Origin: Candidatus Proruminimicrobium quisquiliarum
GTDB taxonomy: Bacteria; Elusimicrobiota; Endomicrobiia; Endomicrobiales; Endomicrobiaceae
Direction: 5' to 3'
NCBI GenBank assembly: GCA_018433245.1
Contig: JAHDRN010000019.1
Location: 3,622-67,621, forward strand
DNA length: 64,000 nucleotides
In this document: piece after piece, positions 1 to 9,288 of the stretch
Layout of the letters: the number at the start of each line of letters is the position of its first letter
Numbering within the stretch: the stretch's first letter is position 1
Notes under the pieces: generated by a model
The model's input: only the letters and a program-made list of their open reading frames with translations
What the model was told of the DNA's origin: nothing
The model's database searches: none
Position numbers and translations under genes: made by a program

Positions 1-26
1 TGGCTTACAACAAGAACTTTTTTCAT
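1..26 (-). CDS. 5' end of a CDS running off the left edge (MKKVLVVS...)
   Basis: ATG at 24-26 on the minus strand, preceded by GGAG; only 8 codons visible. Confidence 0.3.
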
Positions 27-59
27 AAATAATTCTCCGTAATTTAGTTAATTGTTCAA

Positions 60-1217
60 TCAGATATTTTTTTCATAAAACGCGTTTAATTTTTTTGCAA
101 TGACCTTCCAATCATATTGATTTACAGCATTCATTCTAGCATTTTCAGAGATTTTGTTGTATAGTTTGTCATTCAAACATAATTCTATAACCATATCCGC
201 AAATTTACTCGCTGTATCGGCAACCAGTATATCGTAATAATGTTCACATTGTATGCCTTCGGCGGCTTCTTGCGTGGCGACAACCGGAACGCCTGAAGCC
301 ATTGCCTCTAAAACTTTGCCTTTAATCCCCCCGCCGAGTCTGACCGGAGCTATAAAAATATTCGGACATTTCAAATATTGTCTTATATCTTCAACTTCTC
401 CCGTAATAATAATATTCTCTTTCTCCAACCGCCTTACATCTTCCGTAAGGCCTGATCCGACAACGTAAAGTTTAATATCGGGAATTCTTTTAATTATTTT
501 ATCAAAAATAAATCTAACGAAATATACAATTGCATCGGCATTGGGATAATGCTTATAGTGGCCTACAAAAACCAGATTTTTTTCATTCCCCGACTTTTTA
601 CCGATATTAAAAAAATCAATATCAACTCCCGTTTGTATAACCACGGTTTTAGCATCAGGATTAAATTTATTCATTATATTTTTATCCCTGTCCGTTAAAA
701 CTATTACGGATTTGAATTTATTTATAATATTTCTTTCGTATTCTACCAACTTTCTCCACTCAACATATCTTACATTGTCGGGCAAATCCCTGTCATGATA
801 GGACTGATTAAAATCCAAAGTTCCGAGATCATGTTCCGTATAAAAAACAGGAATATTTTTTATGTGTTTCACATATTCCGTCATTATCAAAAAATCAAGC
901 TGCACCAGATCAGGCTTAACAAGATTTAAAACTCTATTCAGCTCGTCTATCATCGCCTGAGTATAAAAAAAACTTACGCATCTGGGAATATCTTCTCTTT
1001 CTATGCGTTTATCTTCATGTCTTACAACGGGAAATACGTCTTTACAGACTTCTTTTGCCGTTCTGATTGAATCAGACGAAGCTTCAGGTTCAATATATGC
1101 AAGAAGATAAACTTCATTATCTTTTGACAGATGCTTTATCAGATTGTACAGTCTGACTTTGCCTCCGTCTCGCGGAGGATAAGGAAAATACGGGGAAATG
1201 ATAAGAATTTTTTTCAT
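60..1217 (-). CDS. glycosyltransferase, GT4 / group 1 family
   Basis: N-terminus MKKILIISPYFPYPPRDGGKVR and C-terminal GGIKGKVLEAMASGVPVV motif are typical of GT-B group 1 enzymes. Confidence 0.85.
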   Translation of the reverse strand: MKKILIISPYFPYPPRDGGKVRLYNLIKHLSKDNEVYLLAYIEPEASSDSIRTAKEVCKDVFPVVRHEDKRIEREDIPRCVSFFYTQAMIDELNRVLNLVKPDLVQLDFLIMTEYVKHIKNIPVFYTEHDLGTLDFNQSYHDRDLPDNVRYVEWRKLVEYERNIINKFKSVIVLTDRDKNIMNKFNPDAKTVVIQTGVDIDFFNIGKKSGNEKNLVFVGHYKHYPNADAIVYFVRFIFDKIIKRIPDIKLYVVGSGLTEDVRRLEKENIIITGEVEDIRQYLKCPNIFIAPVRLGGGIKGKVLEAMASGVPVVATQEAAEGIQCEHYYDILVADTASKFADMVIELCLNDKLYNKISENARMNAVNQYDWKVIAKKLNAFYEKNI

Positions 1218-1219
1218 GA

Positions 1220-2296
1220 TTAAATTATATCCTTCATAAACAATCCGTATTTTTGTCTGTTTTCAATTATATATTTCAACATTTTTTTATGTGTTTCGGG
1301 CCTGAATGTTATATGTGAAGAAATTTTATCTATATTGCCTGAAAAATATTCAATACATTTTCTGCATATATCGTTAGGTTTGTTTTGCGAAAGTTCTTTT
1401 CTCAGTTTTATATACCGCGTTGAATTCCATAAGTCCTGAAAAGACATTTCACTTAAATTCCCCATATGTTTACCGGCAAAAACGCATGCGTTGACCGTTC
1501 CCTGATTTTCCACATAAACGTAATTCCACGGGCATTTGCATGTTTTAGGATTTTTTTCTTTGTTAAAAAACTTTTGCGGAAGACTGACCGATATACCGAG
1601 TTTTTTTGCAAATTTCGCAGTTCTGTCTATCATTTCATTTGTTTTATTTTTTGACGTAAAAACAGTAAGGTCAAAATCTTTATATTCAAAAATCGTCAGA
1701 TATCTGAATATTACGGAATCCACTTTCAATTTATAAGCCAATTTTAGAAAATTCTCCATATCTTCAAGATTTATATTGTTAATTACGCTGTACAGACTGA
1801 TTTTTAAATTTTTTTGTTTTCTTAAAACACTGATATTGCGAGTAATATCTTCAAAAGAATCCGTGCCGGTCAGTATTTTATGCATATGTTTTTCGGATGC
1901 ATGCAGAGAAACTATAATATTAAACCTGCCTTCATCAAAATTTTTATCTTTTAAATTAATTCCGTTTGTAAAGAAAGTTTTTGTCTGATTCGGCAGCGTT
2001 TTATTTATTCTTTTTATAAAAGAATTTATCTCAGGCATTAGAAGCAATTCACCGTATCCGTGAAAATCTACATTTTCGGCTTTTATTAATACGTCTTTTA
2101 GTTTTTCTTCAAAAAATATTTGATATCTTTTCAGAGAAAATTCCGGATATTTCCCGCCTAAACAAAAAATACATTTGGCATTACAAAAAAAATGAGCTCC
2201 TATGCCTATATTTTTAGGAGCCGAATTCAGTACAACCGAGGATTTTTTGATTTCAAAATTATTTAATATACTGTTGAATTTTATTAAATTATCCAC
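1220..2296 (-). CDS. radical SAM protein with Cys-rich SPASM/twitch-like C-terminus
   Basis: CNAKCIFC (CX3CX2C) cluster motif. C-terminal Cys clusters CKCPW...NAC...ICRKC. GTG start. Confidence 0.8.
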   Translation of the reverse strand: MDNLIKFNSILNNFEIKKSSVVLNSAPKNIGIGAHFFCNAKCIFCLGGKYPEFSLKRYQIFFEEKLKDVLIKAENVDFHGYGELLLMPEINSFIKRINKTLPNQTKTFFTNGINLKDKNFDEGRFNIIVSLHASEKHMHKILTGTDSFEDITRNISVLRKQKNLKISLYSVINNINLEDMENFLKLAYKLKVDSVIFRYLTIFEYKDFDLTVFTSKNKTNEMIDRTAKFAKKLGISVSLPQKFFNKEKNPKTCKCPWNYVYVENQGTVNACVFAGKHMGNLSEMSFQDLWNSTRYIKLRKELSQNKPNDICRKCIEYFSGNIDKISSHITFRPETHKKMLKYIIENRQKYGLFMKDII

Positions 2297-2306
2297 TATG
2301 ATTACT

Positions 2307-3365
2307 TTATAAAAAATTTACATGGTCAACTTTTTTCTGCATGTTAAAAAGCACAGTATTAAAACTGTCGCATCTGCAAAGCAACGGACAATCTTTAAAA
2401 TCAATATTTGAAAAAACCTTTTTTCTGTGTTCTGACGACCAAATTTCTCTCAGAGTATTCTTTTTTAAGTCTCCTATACAATACTTTTTCATTCCTCTCA
2501 TATGGCAGCACAAATACATTTTTTGATCTGCCGCCACGACAGTTGCAAAATGATGTCCGTAACAGACATCATACTGTCTTTGAGTATTTTTAGATTCCAT
2601 TAAAACATATTTATGAATTGAACTCACAACCGAAAAATCTTTTGTGCCGTATTTTTCGGCAATTTTCATATTTTTCAAAATTACAGACTGATTTTTATTG
2701 TTTATTTCTTTTTCTTTAAATTTTTTCAACAGCGGTCTGTACTGAGCGTAATCAACTCCCAGCGACAAACCCAATTTTGCAAACGGAATTATATCATCAA
2801 TTGTTTTGTCATAAGTTAAAAGCCCTATTCCTATGGTAATCCCGCTTTTAAATTTCTTTTTTGCTTTGACAAGAATTTTTATATTTTCCAAAACATTGTC
2901 AAAAGTCGTAGAATTCATACCGTGCGTAATTTTATACTTTTCTCTTGATGCCGCATCCAGACTGATTCTTATCCATGTGCAATTTTTTACAATATCATCA
3001 GCTGTTTCTTGGTTTAACAAAATCCCGTTTGTTATAAACCCGACGTCCAATCCTATTTTTTTGGCATAAACTGAGGCTTTGACGGTGTCTTTGTTGCAAA
3101 GAGGATCTCCTCCTCCTGTAAAAGTAACGGCTTTGCCGCCGAATGATTTGATTTGTTTTAAAATATTCTTTGCTTCATTCAATTTGATGCTTACAAGATT
3201 TTTTGACTGTTCAAAAAATCCGAAACAAAAATGACATTTTGCATTGCAGATATTTGTCATATCCAATTCATAAGTTACAGGCCTTGAAATTTTATTTTTC
3301 TGCCACTCGCTTATTCTGTCAATATGCTGCAGTATCTTTGAAGAAGAGAACTGACTGACTTTCAT
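2307..3365 (-). CDS. radical SAM protein, paralogue of the neighbouring gene, SPASM/twitch-like C-terminus
   Basis: CNAKCHFC (CX3CX2C). GGGDPL glycine-rich SAM motif. C-terminal CYGHH...LCCHM...CPLLCRC. Confidence 0.8.
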   Translation of the reverse strand: MKVSQFSSSKILQHIDRISEWQKNKISRPVTYELDMTNICNAKCHFCFGFFEQSKNLVSIKLNEAKNILKQIKSFGGKAVTFTGGGDPLCNKDTVKASVYAKKIGLDVGFITNGILLNQETADDIVKNCTWIRISLDAASREKYKITHGMNSTTFDNVLENIKILVKAKKKFKSGITIGIGLLTYDKTIDDIIPFAKLGLSLGVDYAQYRPLLKKFKEKEINNKNQSVILKNMKIAEKYGTKDFSVVSSIHKYVLMESKNTQRQYDVCYGHHFATVVAADQKMYLCCHMRGMKKYCIGDLKKNTLREIWSSEHRKKVFSNIDFKDCPLLCRCDSFNTVLFNMQKKVDHVNFL

Positions 3366-3370
3366 AATTA

Positions 3371-4645
3371 TTACATTCCGTCCGGAAGTTTTTCCATAAT
3401 TTCAAGAACATTTTTTGTCCATTTGTCAATTAAAAGCTCTATATTCTTTGTTCTTAAAACATTGTAGTTCATATTATTAGCGGAATATCCTTTGCCGCCG
3501 ACATGATAGATAAAAGTGTCGCCCGCTATAACAATTTTATAACCGGCCTGTTTAACTCTCATACAATAATCAAAATCCTCATAGCCGCCGGGGCCGAACA
3601 TTTCGTCCAAAACTCCGACATTAAATAAAACTTCTCGTTTTATTAAAACACAAAAACCTATTATTCTGTTTACCGAAAACCAAAAACCGGCGTTTTTCTG
3701 CAAAATCTCTTTTGAAAACTTTTGTATCGCTTCATCATCGTCAGCCGAACCGTCAAAAACCACAACCTGCCTTCCTGACGCATGATTTGTGCAAGGCCCG
3801 ACGATTCCGATTTTTTTATCGCTTTCGGCGATTAACAGCATTCTGCTAAGCCAGCCGTCTGTTAAAATAACATCGTTATTTAAAAGCAATACATATTCGC
3901 CTTCTGAAATTTCTATTCCCTGGTTATTTGCGCATGCAAATCCTAAATTTGTCTCGTTAAGTATTACTTTTACGTTTGAATATTTTGATTTCAAATCTTC
4001 CAGATAAGTTTTTGTATCGTCTTTTGTTGATCCGTTGTCAACGAATATAAGTTCATAATTGACGTCTGCCGTATGTTTCATTAAAGATTCAACGCATATT
4101 TTTGTATCATCAAGCTGGTTGTAAGTCAGCATAACTATGCTTACAAGATATTTAGGTTTATCTTTAAATATTATTCCTTTTGCGGCAACATCTTCCGCAG
4201 TTTGTATTGGGATATCTGAAACTTCCTTTTCTATTACACCGGCATCTTCCGCATTTTCAAACACAATCGCGTCTGCCAACCGGCAATTGCTTATTTCCAT
4301 ACCGCCGGCCTTTTCCAACAATTTACTGACTTCATCGTATATGCTGCCGTTTTGTTTAATATATTCTTTAATATTGGATATTTCAGGCATAAACGACACC
4401 AACTTGGAATTGGGAGTCAGACTTTTTATAATCCTCAGCAATCTGTAGTCTTCGGTCAAACCCGCATAAGCGCAGACTATTATTTCATAAGAATTTGCAG
4501 TCAGTTGAGCTTTTAGAGCATCAAACGAGACATTATCAAAATAAAAAACATCGTGTTTATCTAAAATTTTGTCAAAGCATTTGGAATGTTTTTTGTCAAT
4601 ATTTGATTTAAAGCTTTCCGGTATTATCAATAAATTATTAGACAT
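3371..4645 (-). CDS. glycosyltransferase family 2 with an about 190 aa N-terminal domain of unknown function
   Basis: VSIVMLTYNQLDDTKICVESL...FVDNGSTDDT...LLLNNDV are GT2 motifs. Start moved to the ATG at 4643-4645 because the longer ORF (to 4726) runs through tRNA-Pro. Confidence 0.85.
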   Translation of the reverse strand: MSNNLLIIPESFKSNIDKKHSKCFDKILDKHDVFYFDNVSFDALKAQLTANSYEIIVCAYAGLTEDYRLLRIIKSLTPNSKLVSFMPEISNIKEYIKQNGSIYDEVSKLLEKAGGMEISNCRLADAIVFENAEDAGVIEKEVSDIPIQTAEDVAAKGIIFKDKPKYLVSIVMLTYNQLDDTKICVESLMKHTADVNYELIFVDNGSTKDDTKTYLEDLKSKYSNVKVILNETNLGFACANNQGIEISEGEYVLLLNNDVILTDGWLSRMLLIAESDKKIGIVGPCTNHASGRQVVVFDGSADDDEAIQKFSKEILQKNAGFWFSVNRIIGFCVLIKREVLFNVGVLDEMFGPGGYEDFDYCMRVKQAGYKIVIAGDTFIYHVGGKGYSANNMNYNVLRTKNIELLIDKWTKNVLEIMEKLPDGM

Positions 4646-4667
4646 AAAATACCTCTCCCGTAGAAAA

Positions 4668-4741
4668 TCGGGAAGGCGGGACTTGAACCCGCAGCCTCCT
4701 GCTCCCAAAGCAGGCGCGATAGCCAATTACGCTACTTCCCG
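4668..4741 (-). tRNA. tRNA-Pro, anticodon UGG
   Basis: Reverse complement folds as a cloverleaf: acceptor CGGGAAG/CTTCCCG, anticodon stem CCTGC/GCAGG, loop TTTGGGA, T arm GCGGG-TTCAAGT-CCCGC. CCA not encoded. Confidence 0.93.
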
Positions 4742-4776
4742 GACACCACATCATTTTTTAACGATTAGTGCCGTTG

Positions 4777-4806
4777 ATTATACAACAATATGCAATTCTT
4801 TGTCAA
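4777..4806 (-). promoter_or_regulatory. sigma-70-type promoter for tRNA-Pro
   Basis: Minus strand reads TTGACA (4806-4801), an 18 nt spacer, then TATAAT (4782-4777), about 30 nt upstream of the tRNA 5' end. Confidence 0.6.
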
Positions 4807-4952
4807 TTTGAGAAATTTCAGTTAAAATTATAAACACTATTGAAGACTATTGAAGGTTTTTTTGGCAATCAACATCTTTTTTTCCGTTCCAATCTTATTG
4901 AATAACGAGAATATATAAAACTATAGAAAACTGACCGCAATTATTTTTCAGA

Positions 4953-6398
4953 CTAAAATAAAGGACTAAACAATCTCATCAGCATCTGCATCAATCTTTC
5001 TGTTTTGCTTTGTATTCTCAAATATCCTTCATCCATTATTGCGCTTTTGTTTACGTCATTCATAAAGATATCGGCCATTTTTGAAACAATTTCTTTGCCG
5101 TACATAAGCATCGTAAGCTCAAAATGCAGTTTAAAACTGCGGATGTCTATATTAAAAGTGCCCAGAGACGCTATTTCATTATCAACTACAAGAGTTTTAC
5201 TGTGAATAAAAGCAGGATAAAGATATACTTTTGCTCCGATTTTTACCATATCGCTGACATAACTTTTTGTGGCGTAATAAACAGCTTTTTTATCAGGAAT
5301 TTCCGGTATCATAATTCTTACGTCAACGCCGCCTCTTACAGCGGTGGCAACTGCATCCGCAAAACTGTCGTCAGGAATATAATAAGGCGTTTGAATCCAT
5401 ATCCTTTCTTTCGCGCCGTAAATGAGTTTTATGTACGTTTGTTTTATTTCCTCGGTTACAACATCGGGCCCTGAACTTATAAGCTGCATTGGAAGTATTT
5501 TTGTAACATCATGTCTGCCGAAATCAGATATCAGATTTGACACATCTTTGTTTGCAACATAAGCGTAATCCTGCAAAAACCTCAAATTTATAAGAGCGAC
5601 TGCATCTCCGATCACTCTCATATGTGTATCACGCCACGGAATTTCTCCCTGGTTCATATATTCGTCGCCTATGTTTGCTCCGCCCGTATATGCGATTTCA
5701 TTGTCTATGATAATCATTTTTCTGTGATTTCTGAAATTAAGATTTCTGTTAAGATATTTCCAAGGACCGGCTAAAAATCTTAAAACCTCGCCGCCGCTTT
5801 CTGTAAGCGGTTTAAAAAAATCTCTGTTAGCCCAAAGGGACCCTATATCGTCAACTATAAGTTTTATTTTTACTCCCTCTTTTGCTTTTTGAGCCAAAAC
5901 CTCCAAAAGTTTTGATCCTATTACGTCTTTTCTGTAAACGAAATACAAAAGATTCACAGTTTTTTTTGCATTAGAAATATCATTTATCATATCCTCGTAC
6001 TGCTCAGATATGTCAGTATAAATTTTAACGTCATTATTAATCGCAAGAGGAGCAAGATTATATTTTGAATTAAATTCTATTATATCCTTAACATTATTTT
6101 GCTCAAAAAAATCAGTTTTATTGAATTCTTTTATATTTCTCTGAAGAAATTTTGCAAGTTTTGTATCGCTCTGCATTTTTATATAAAATCTTTTCCGGTT
6201 TTTTAAAGACGGGCCTTTACCTATAAGAAGATATAGAAAAAAACCAAATATTGGCAGCAGAAGTATGACAAGAGTCCATACCATTATTGAATAGGGTTTT
6301 CTGTGTTCTTTAAAAATCATAAAGATTATCAACAGAAAATTAAATAGAACAAAACCGAGCAGTATAATCCAATAAATGCCTATTTCCAATTTAAACAT
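4953..6398 (-). CDS. cls: cardiolipin synthase (PLD superfamily)
   Basis: Two N-terminal TM helices and two HKD motifs (HRKMIIID, HSKTLVVD). Start set at ATG 6396-6398, which has AAGGAG upstream, rather than the TTG at 6446. Confidence 0.9.
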   Translation of the reverse strand: MFKLEIGIYWIILLGFVLFNFLLIIFMIFKEHRKPYSIMVWTLVILLLPIFGFFLYLLIGKGPSLKNRKRFYIKMQSDTKLAKFLQRNIKEFNKTDFFEQNNVKDIIEFNSKYNLAPLAINNDVKIYTDISEQYEDMINDISNAKKTVNLLYFVYRKDVIGSKLLEVLAQKAKEGVKIKLIVDDIGSLWANRDFFKPLTESGGEVLRFLAGPWKYLNRNLNFRNHRKMIIIDNEIAYTGGANIGDEYMNQGEIPWRDTHMRVIGDAVALINLRFLQDYAYVANKDVSNLISDFGRHDVTKILPMQLISSGPDVVTEEIKQTYIKLIYGAKERIWIQTPYYIPDDSFADAVATAVRGGVDVRIMIPEIPDKKAVYYATKSYVSDMVKIGAKVYLYPAFIHSKTLVVDNEIASLGTFNIDIRSFKLHFELTMLMYGKEIVSKMADIFMNDVNKSAIMDEGYLRIQSKTERLMQMLMRLFSPLF

Positions 6399-6468
6399 TT
6401 TTGTCGCTCCTTTTATGATTGTATTAAAAACCGTACTCTTCGTCAACTTAATTTATTCTCTCAAAAAC

Positions 6469-6497
6469 TTGACAAATAGCGTAATTTTATATATAAA
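6469..6497 (+). promoter_or_regulatory. candidate sigma-70 promoter of the trpB2-pyk operon
   Basis: TTGACA (6469-6474), 17 nt spacer, TATAAA (6492-6497). Leaves an about 150 nt leader before the ATG at 6656. Confidence 0.45.
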
Positions 6498-6655
6498 TGT
6501 AAAGAATAATGTTAATTTGTTTCCGCCGTATCTGCTTTAAATATATTTTTCAAAAATTATCAGAGTTCCGATGGCGGGCTCTTACTGCCTAAGGCATTTC
6601 ACAGCAGTATTTTTAATTTTTAAAATTCAAAACAATTTAATAAGGAGCCATAATT

Positions 6656-8020
6656 ATGTTAGAAGATAAAAAAATAATTTTAAGCGAAAAAGATATTCCC
6701 AGACACTGGTATAATATAGTCGCCGATTTAAAACCCATGGATCCGCCTTTTAATACAAGAACAGGCAAAATAGCTACAAAAGAAGATTTTCTTCCTATTT
6801 TTTGCGAAGACATTATAGATCAGGAAATGAGCCGCGAAAGATTCATTGAAATTCCGGAAGAAGTTGTTCATACATACAAAATATGGAGACCTTCGCCTCT
6901 TATAAGGGCAAAGCATCTTGAAAAATTTCTTGATACGCCGGCAAAAATTTATTTTAAAAACGAAGGAGTAAGTCCTTCCGGAAGCCATAAATCTAATTCG
7001 GCAATACCTCAGGCTTATTACAATAAAAAATGCGGAGTAAAAAGAATAGCGACAGAAACAGGCGCCGGACAGTGGGGCTCTGCGCTTGCCATGGCCTGCG
7101 GTTTTTATGGGATGGAATGCGTTGTATATATGGTAAAAGTTTCTTTTGAACAAAAACCTTACAGAAAAATTCTTATGCAGGTATACGGAGCAAGCGTGTT
7201 TTCAAGTCCGTCTAAATTTACGGAAGTCGGCAGAAAAGTTCTGGATACCGATCCTTCAAGCCCGGGCTCTCTGGGAATTGCGATATCGGAAGCGATTGAA
7301 GACGTCGTCACTCATAAAGATACAAAATACGCTCTCGGAAGCGTTTTAAATCATGTTGCGTTGCACCAAACAGTTATAGGCATTGAAGCAAAAAAACAGA
7401 TGGAAATAATCGGCAGATATCCTGATATAGTAATAGCATGTCTCGGCGGAGGTTCTAATTTTTCAGGCATAAGTTTTCCTTTTATTATGGATAAGATTAA
7501 CGGAACACATAAAAATCTAAGAGCCATAGCGGTTGAACCGTCGGCTTGTCCTAAACTTACACACGGAGTATTTGCATACGATTACGGAGACAGTTCCGGA
7601 TTTACTCCGGCTATGAAAATGTACACTCTCGGACATTCTTTCATTCCGGAAGGCACTCACGCCGGTGGTTTAAGATACCACGGAGCATCGCCGATAGTTT
7701 CTGCAATCGTAAAAGAAGGATTGGCTGAAACCGCGGTAGTAAAACAGCGCGAAGTTTTTGACGCAGCCATAAAATTTACAAAATGCGAAGGCATTTTACC
7801 CGCTCCTGAATCGGCGCATGCTATAAAAGTCGCCATTGATGAAGCGTTAAAAGCAAAAGAAGAAGGAATTTCAAAAACAATCTTGTTTAATCTTTCGGGG
7901 CACGGTCATTTTGATTTGTCAGCTTACGAACACGCCCTTGCCGGAGATTTGGGAGACTGCGATTATTCAAAAGAAGAAGTTGAAAAGAATTTAAAATTTT
8001 TACCAGAGGTTAAATTGTAA
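6656..8020 (+). CDS. trpB: TrpB2-type tryptophan synthase beta-like PLP enzyme
   Basis: The long N-terminal extension (IPRHWYNIVADL) and 454 aa length are characteristic of the TrpB2 clade. PLP lysine motif GSHKSNSA. GGGSN motif. Confidence 0.85.
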   Translation: MLEDKKIILSEKDIPRHWYNIVADLKPMDPPFNTRTGKIATKEDFLPIFCEDIIDQEMSRERFIEIPEEVVHTYKIWRPSPLIRAKHLEKFLDTPAKIYFKNEGVSPSGSHKSNSAIPQAYYNKKCGVKRIATETGAGQWGSALAMACGFYGMECVVYMVKVSFEQKPYRKILMQVYGASVFSSPSKFTEVGRKVLDTDPSSPGSLGIAISEAIEDVVTHKDTKYALGSVLNHVALHQTVIGIEAKKQMEIIGRYPDIVIACLGGGSNFSGISFPFIMDKINGTHKNLRAIAVEPSACPKLTHGVFAYDYGDSSGFTPAMKMYTLGHSFIPEGTHAGGLRYHGASPIVSAIVKEGLAETAVVKQREVFDAAIKFTKCEGILPAPESAHAIKVAIDEALKAKEEGISKTILFNLSGHGHFDLSAYEHALAGDLGDCDYSKEEVEKNLKFLPEVKL

Positions 8021-9048
8021 TGGCTAAAACAGGAATTATTTGCACCATGGGACCGGCGACAAGGTCTCTTAACGTTTTAAAAAAGATGGCTGATGCCGGA
8101 ATGACTGTTGCCAGGCTTAATTTTTCGCACGGAAATTTTGAACAGTATGAAAAAGATATCGCTTTGATAAGAACCGTCAATAAAAAATATAACAAAAAAA
8201 TTAAAATTCTCGGCGACTTGGAAGGGCACAGAATAAGAATAGGTGAATTAAAAGACGCAAAACCGGTAGCTTTAAAAAAAGGCCAGAAGCTGATTCTTTC
8301 CACAAAAGAAATGACAGGCAACAACCACACTGTTTTTATAGACTATTCAGGCCCTATTTCGGATTTTAAAAAAGGGCTTGATATTTACATAGACGACGGG
8401 AACTTAAAACTTACCGTTATTTCGGTATCAAAAGAAAACAAAAGCATAGTAACCGAAGTAAAAATGGATTATCTTTTAAAACAAAATAAAGGCGTAAATA
8501 TACCTGACGCTAAACTCCACTTTCCTGAAATAGAAGAGCACGATATGCTGCATATAGAATTTGCAATAAAAAATAAACTTGATTTTATCGCAAATTCGTT
8601 TGTAAGAAATAAACATGATATGATTGCTCTTAAAAAAGCCGTATCAAAAAGACATCCAAAATGCAAGCTTATCGCAAAAATAGAAGACAGAGAAGGACTT
8701 GACAACATAACTTCAATCATAGATACATGCGACGGGATAATGGTAGCAAGAGGCGATTTGGGAATATCAATCCCGCTGTGGACCGTTCCGGTGGTGCAGA
8801 AATATATAATAAAAAAATGCCGTTCAAGAAACAAATTCGTCATTACGGCGACTCAGATGCTTGAAAGCATGGTTGAATCTCCGACTCCCACAAGAGCCGA
8901 AGTCAGCGATGTCGCAAACGCAATAATAGACGGCAGCAATTTCGTCATGCTTTCTGCGGAAACGGCGATAGGAAAGTTTCCGGACAAAGCCGTACAAATG
9001 ATGGGCAATATAATAAACTTCACTGAAAAAAACATATACAGACTGTAA
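8020..9048 (+). CDS. pyk: pyruvate kinase-like protein lacking the C-terminal regulatory domain
   Basis: TMGPA, RLNFSHG, AKIEDREG, MVARGDLG, TQMLESM and MLSAETA motifs. Ends right after the A-domain at 342 aa. Start overlaps the trpB2 stop (TAATG). Confidence 0.8.
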   Translation: MAKTGIICTMGPATRSLNVLKKMADAGMTVARLNFSHGNFEQYEKDIALIRTVNKKYNKKIKILGDLEGHRIRIGELKDAKPVALKKGQKLILSTKEMTGNNHTVFIDYSGPISDFKKGLDIYIDDGNLKLTVISVSKENKSIVTEVKMDYLLKQNKGVNIPDAKLHFPEIEEHDMLHIEFAIKNKLDFIANSFVRNKHDMIALKKAVSKRHPKCKLIAKIEDREGLDNITSIIDTCDGIMVARGDLGISIPLWTVPVVQKYIIKKCRSRNKFVITATQMLESMVESPTPTRAEVSDVANAIIDGSNFVMLSAETAIGKFPDKAVQMMGNIINFTEKNIYRL

Positions 9049-9288
9049 TTTTCGGCAAATAAAATTATTTATCGGCATTCCGGCGGCGATATAATAAAAT
9101 CCGCAGGTTGTTTATCCTTATATAAATTATTTTATTTTTAAGTTTATATTCTCCCGCATTAACCGGTATTCCCTAAGATTTGCCAAATTCATATTCAAAA
9201 ACATTCGGTTTAACTTAAAATTTGTTAAATCAATATTTTTCAAGTATAATATTTTCGTTGTTTAATTTATATTTATAAAATTAAAATC

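Noticed and set aside
253-468. 71 aa plus-strand ORF inside the GT4 gene, and similar 60-120 aa antisense ORFs throughout the track
   Set aside because: All are nested antisense within genes that have strong family signatures. No independent support.
4646-4726. N-terminal extension of the GT2 ORF (MAIAPALGAGGCGFKSRLPDFLRERYF)
   Set aside because: This stretch is the reverse-strand reading of tRNA-Pro (4668-4741). A good ATG exists at 4645, so the extension is an ORF-caller artefact.
6504-6655. T-box or known riboswitch in the trpB2 leader
   Set aside because: No T-box conserved sequence (AGGGTGGNACCGCG-like) or other riboswitch core that I recognise. Only the weak attenuator-like geometry is reported, as a low-interest finding.
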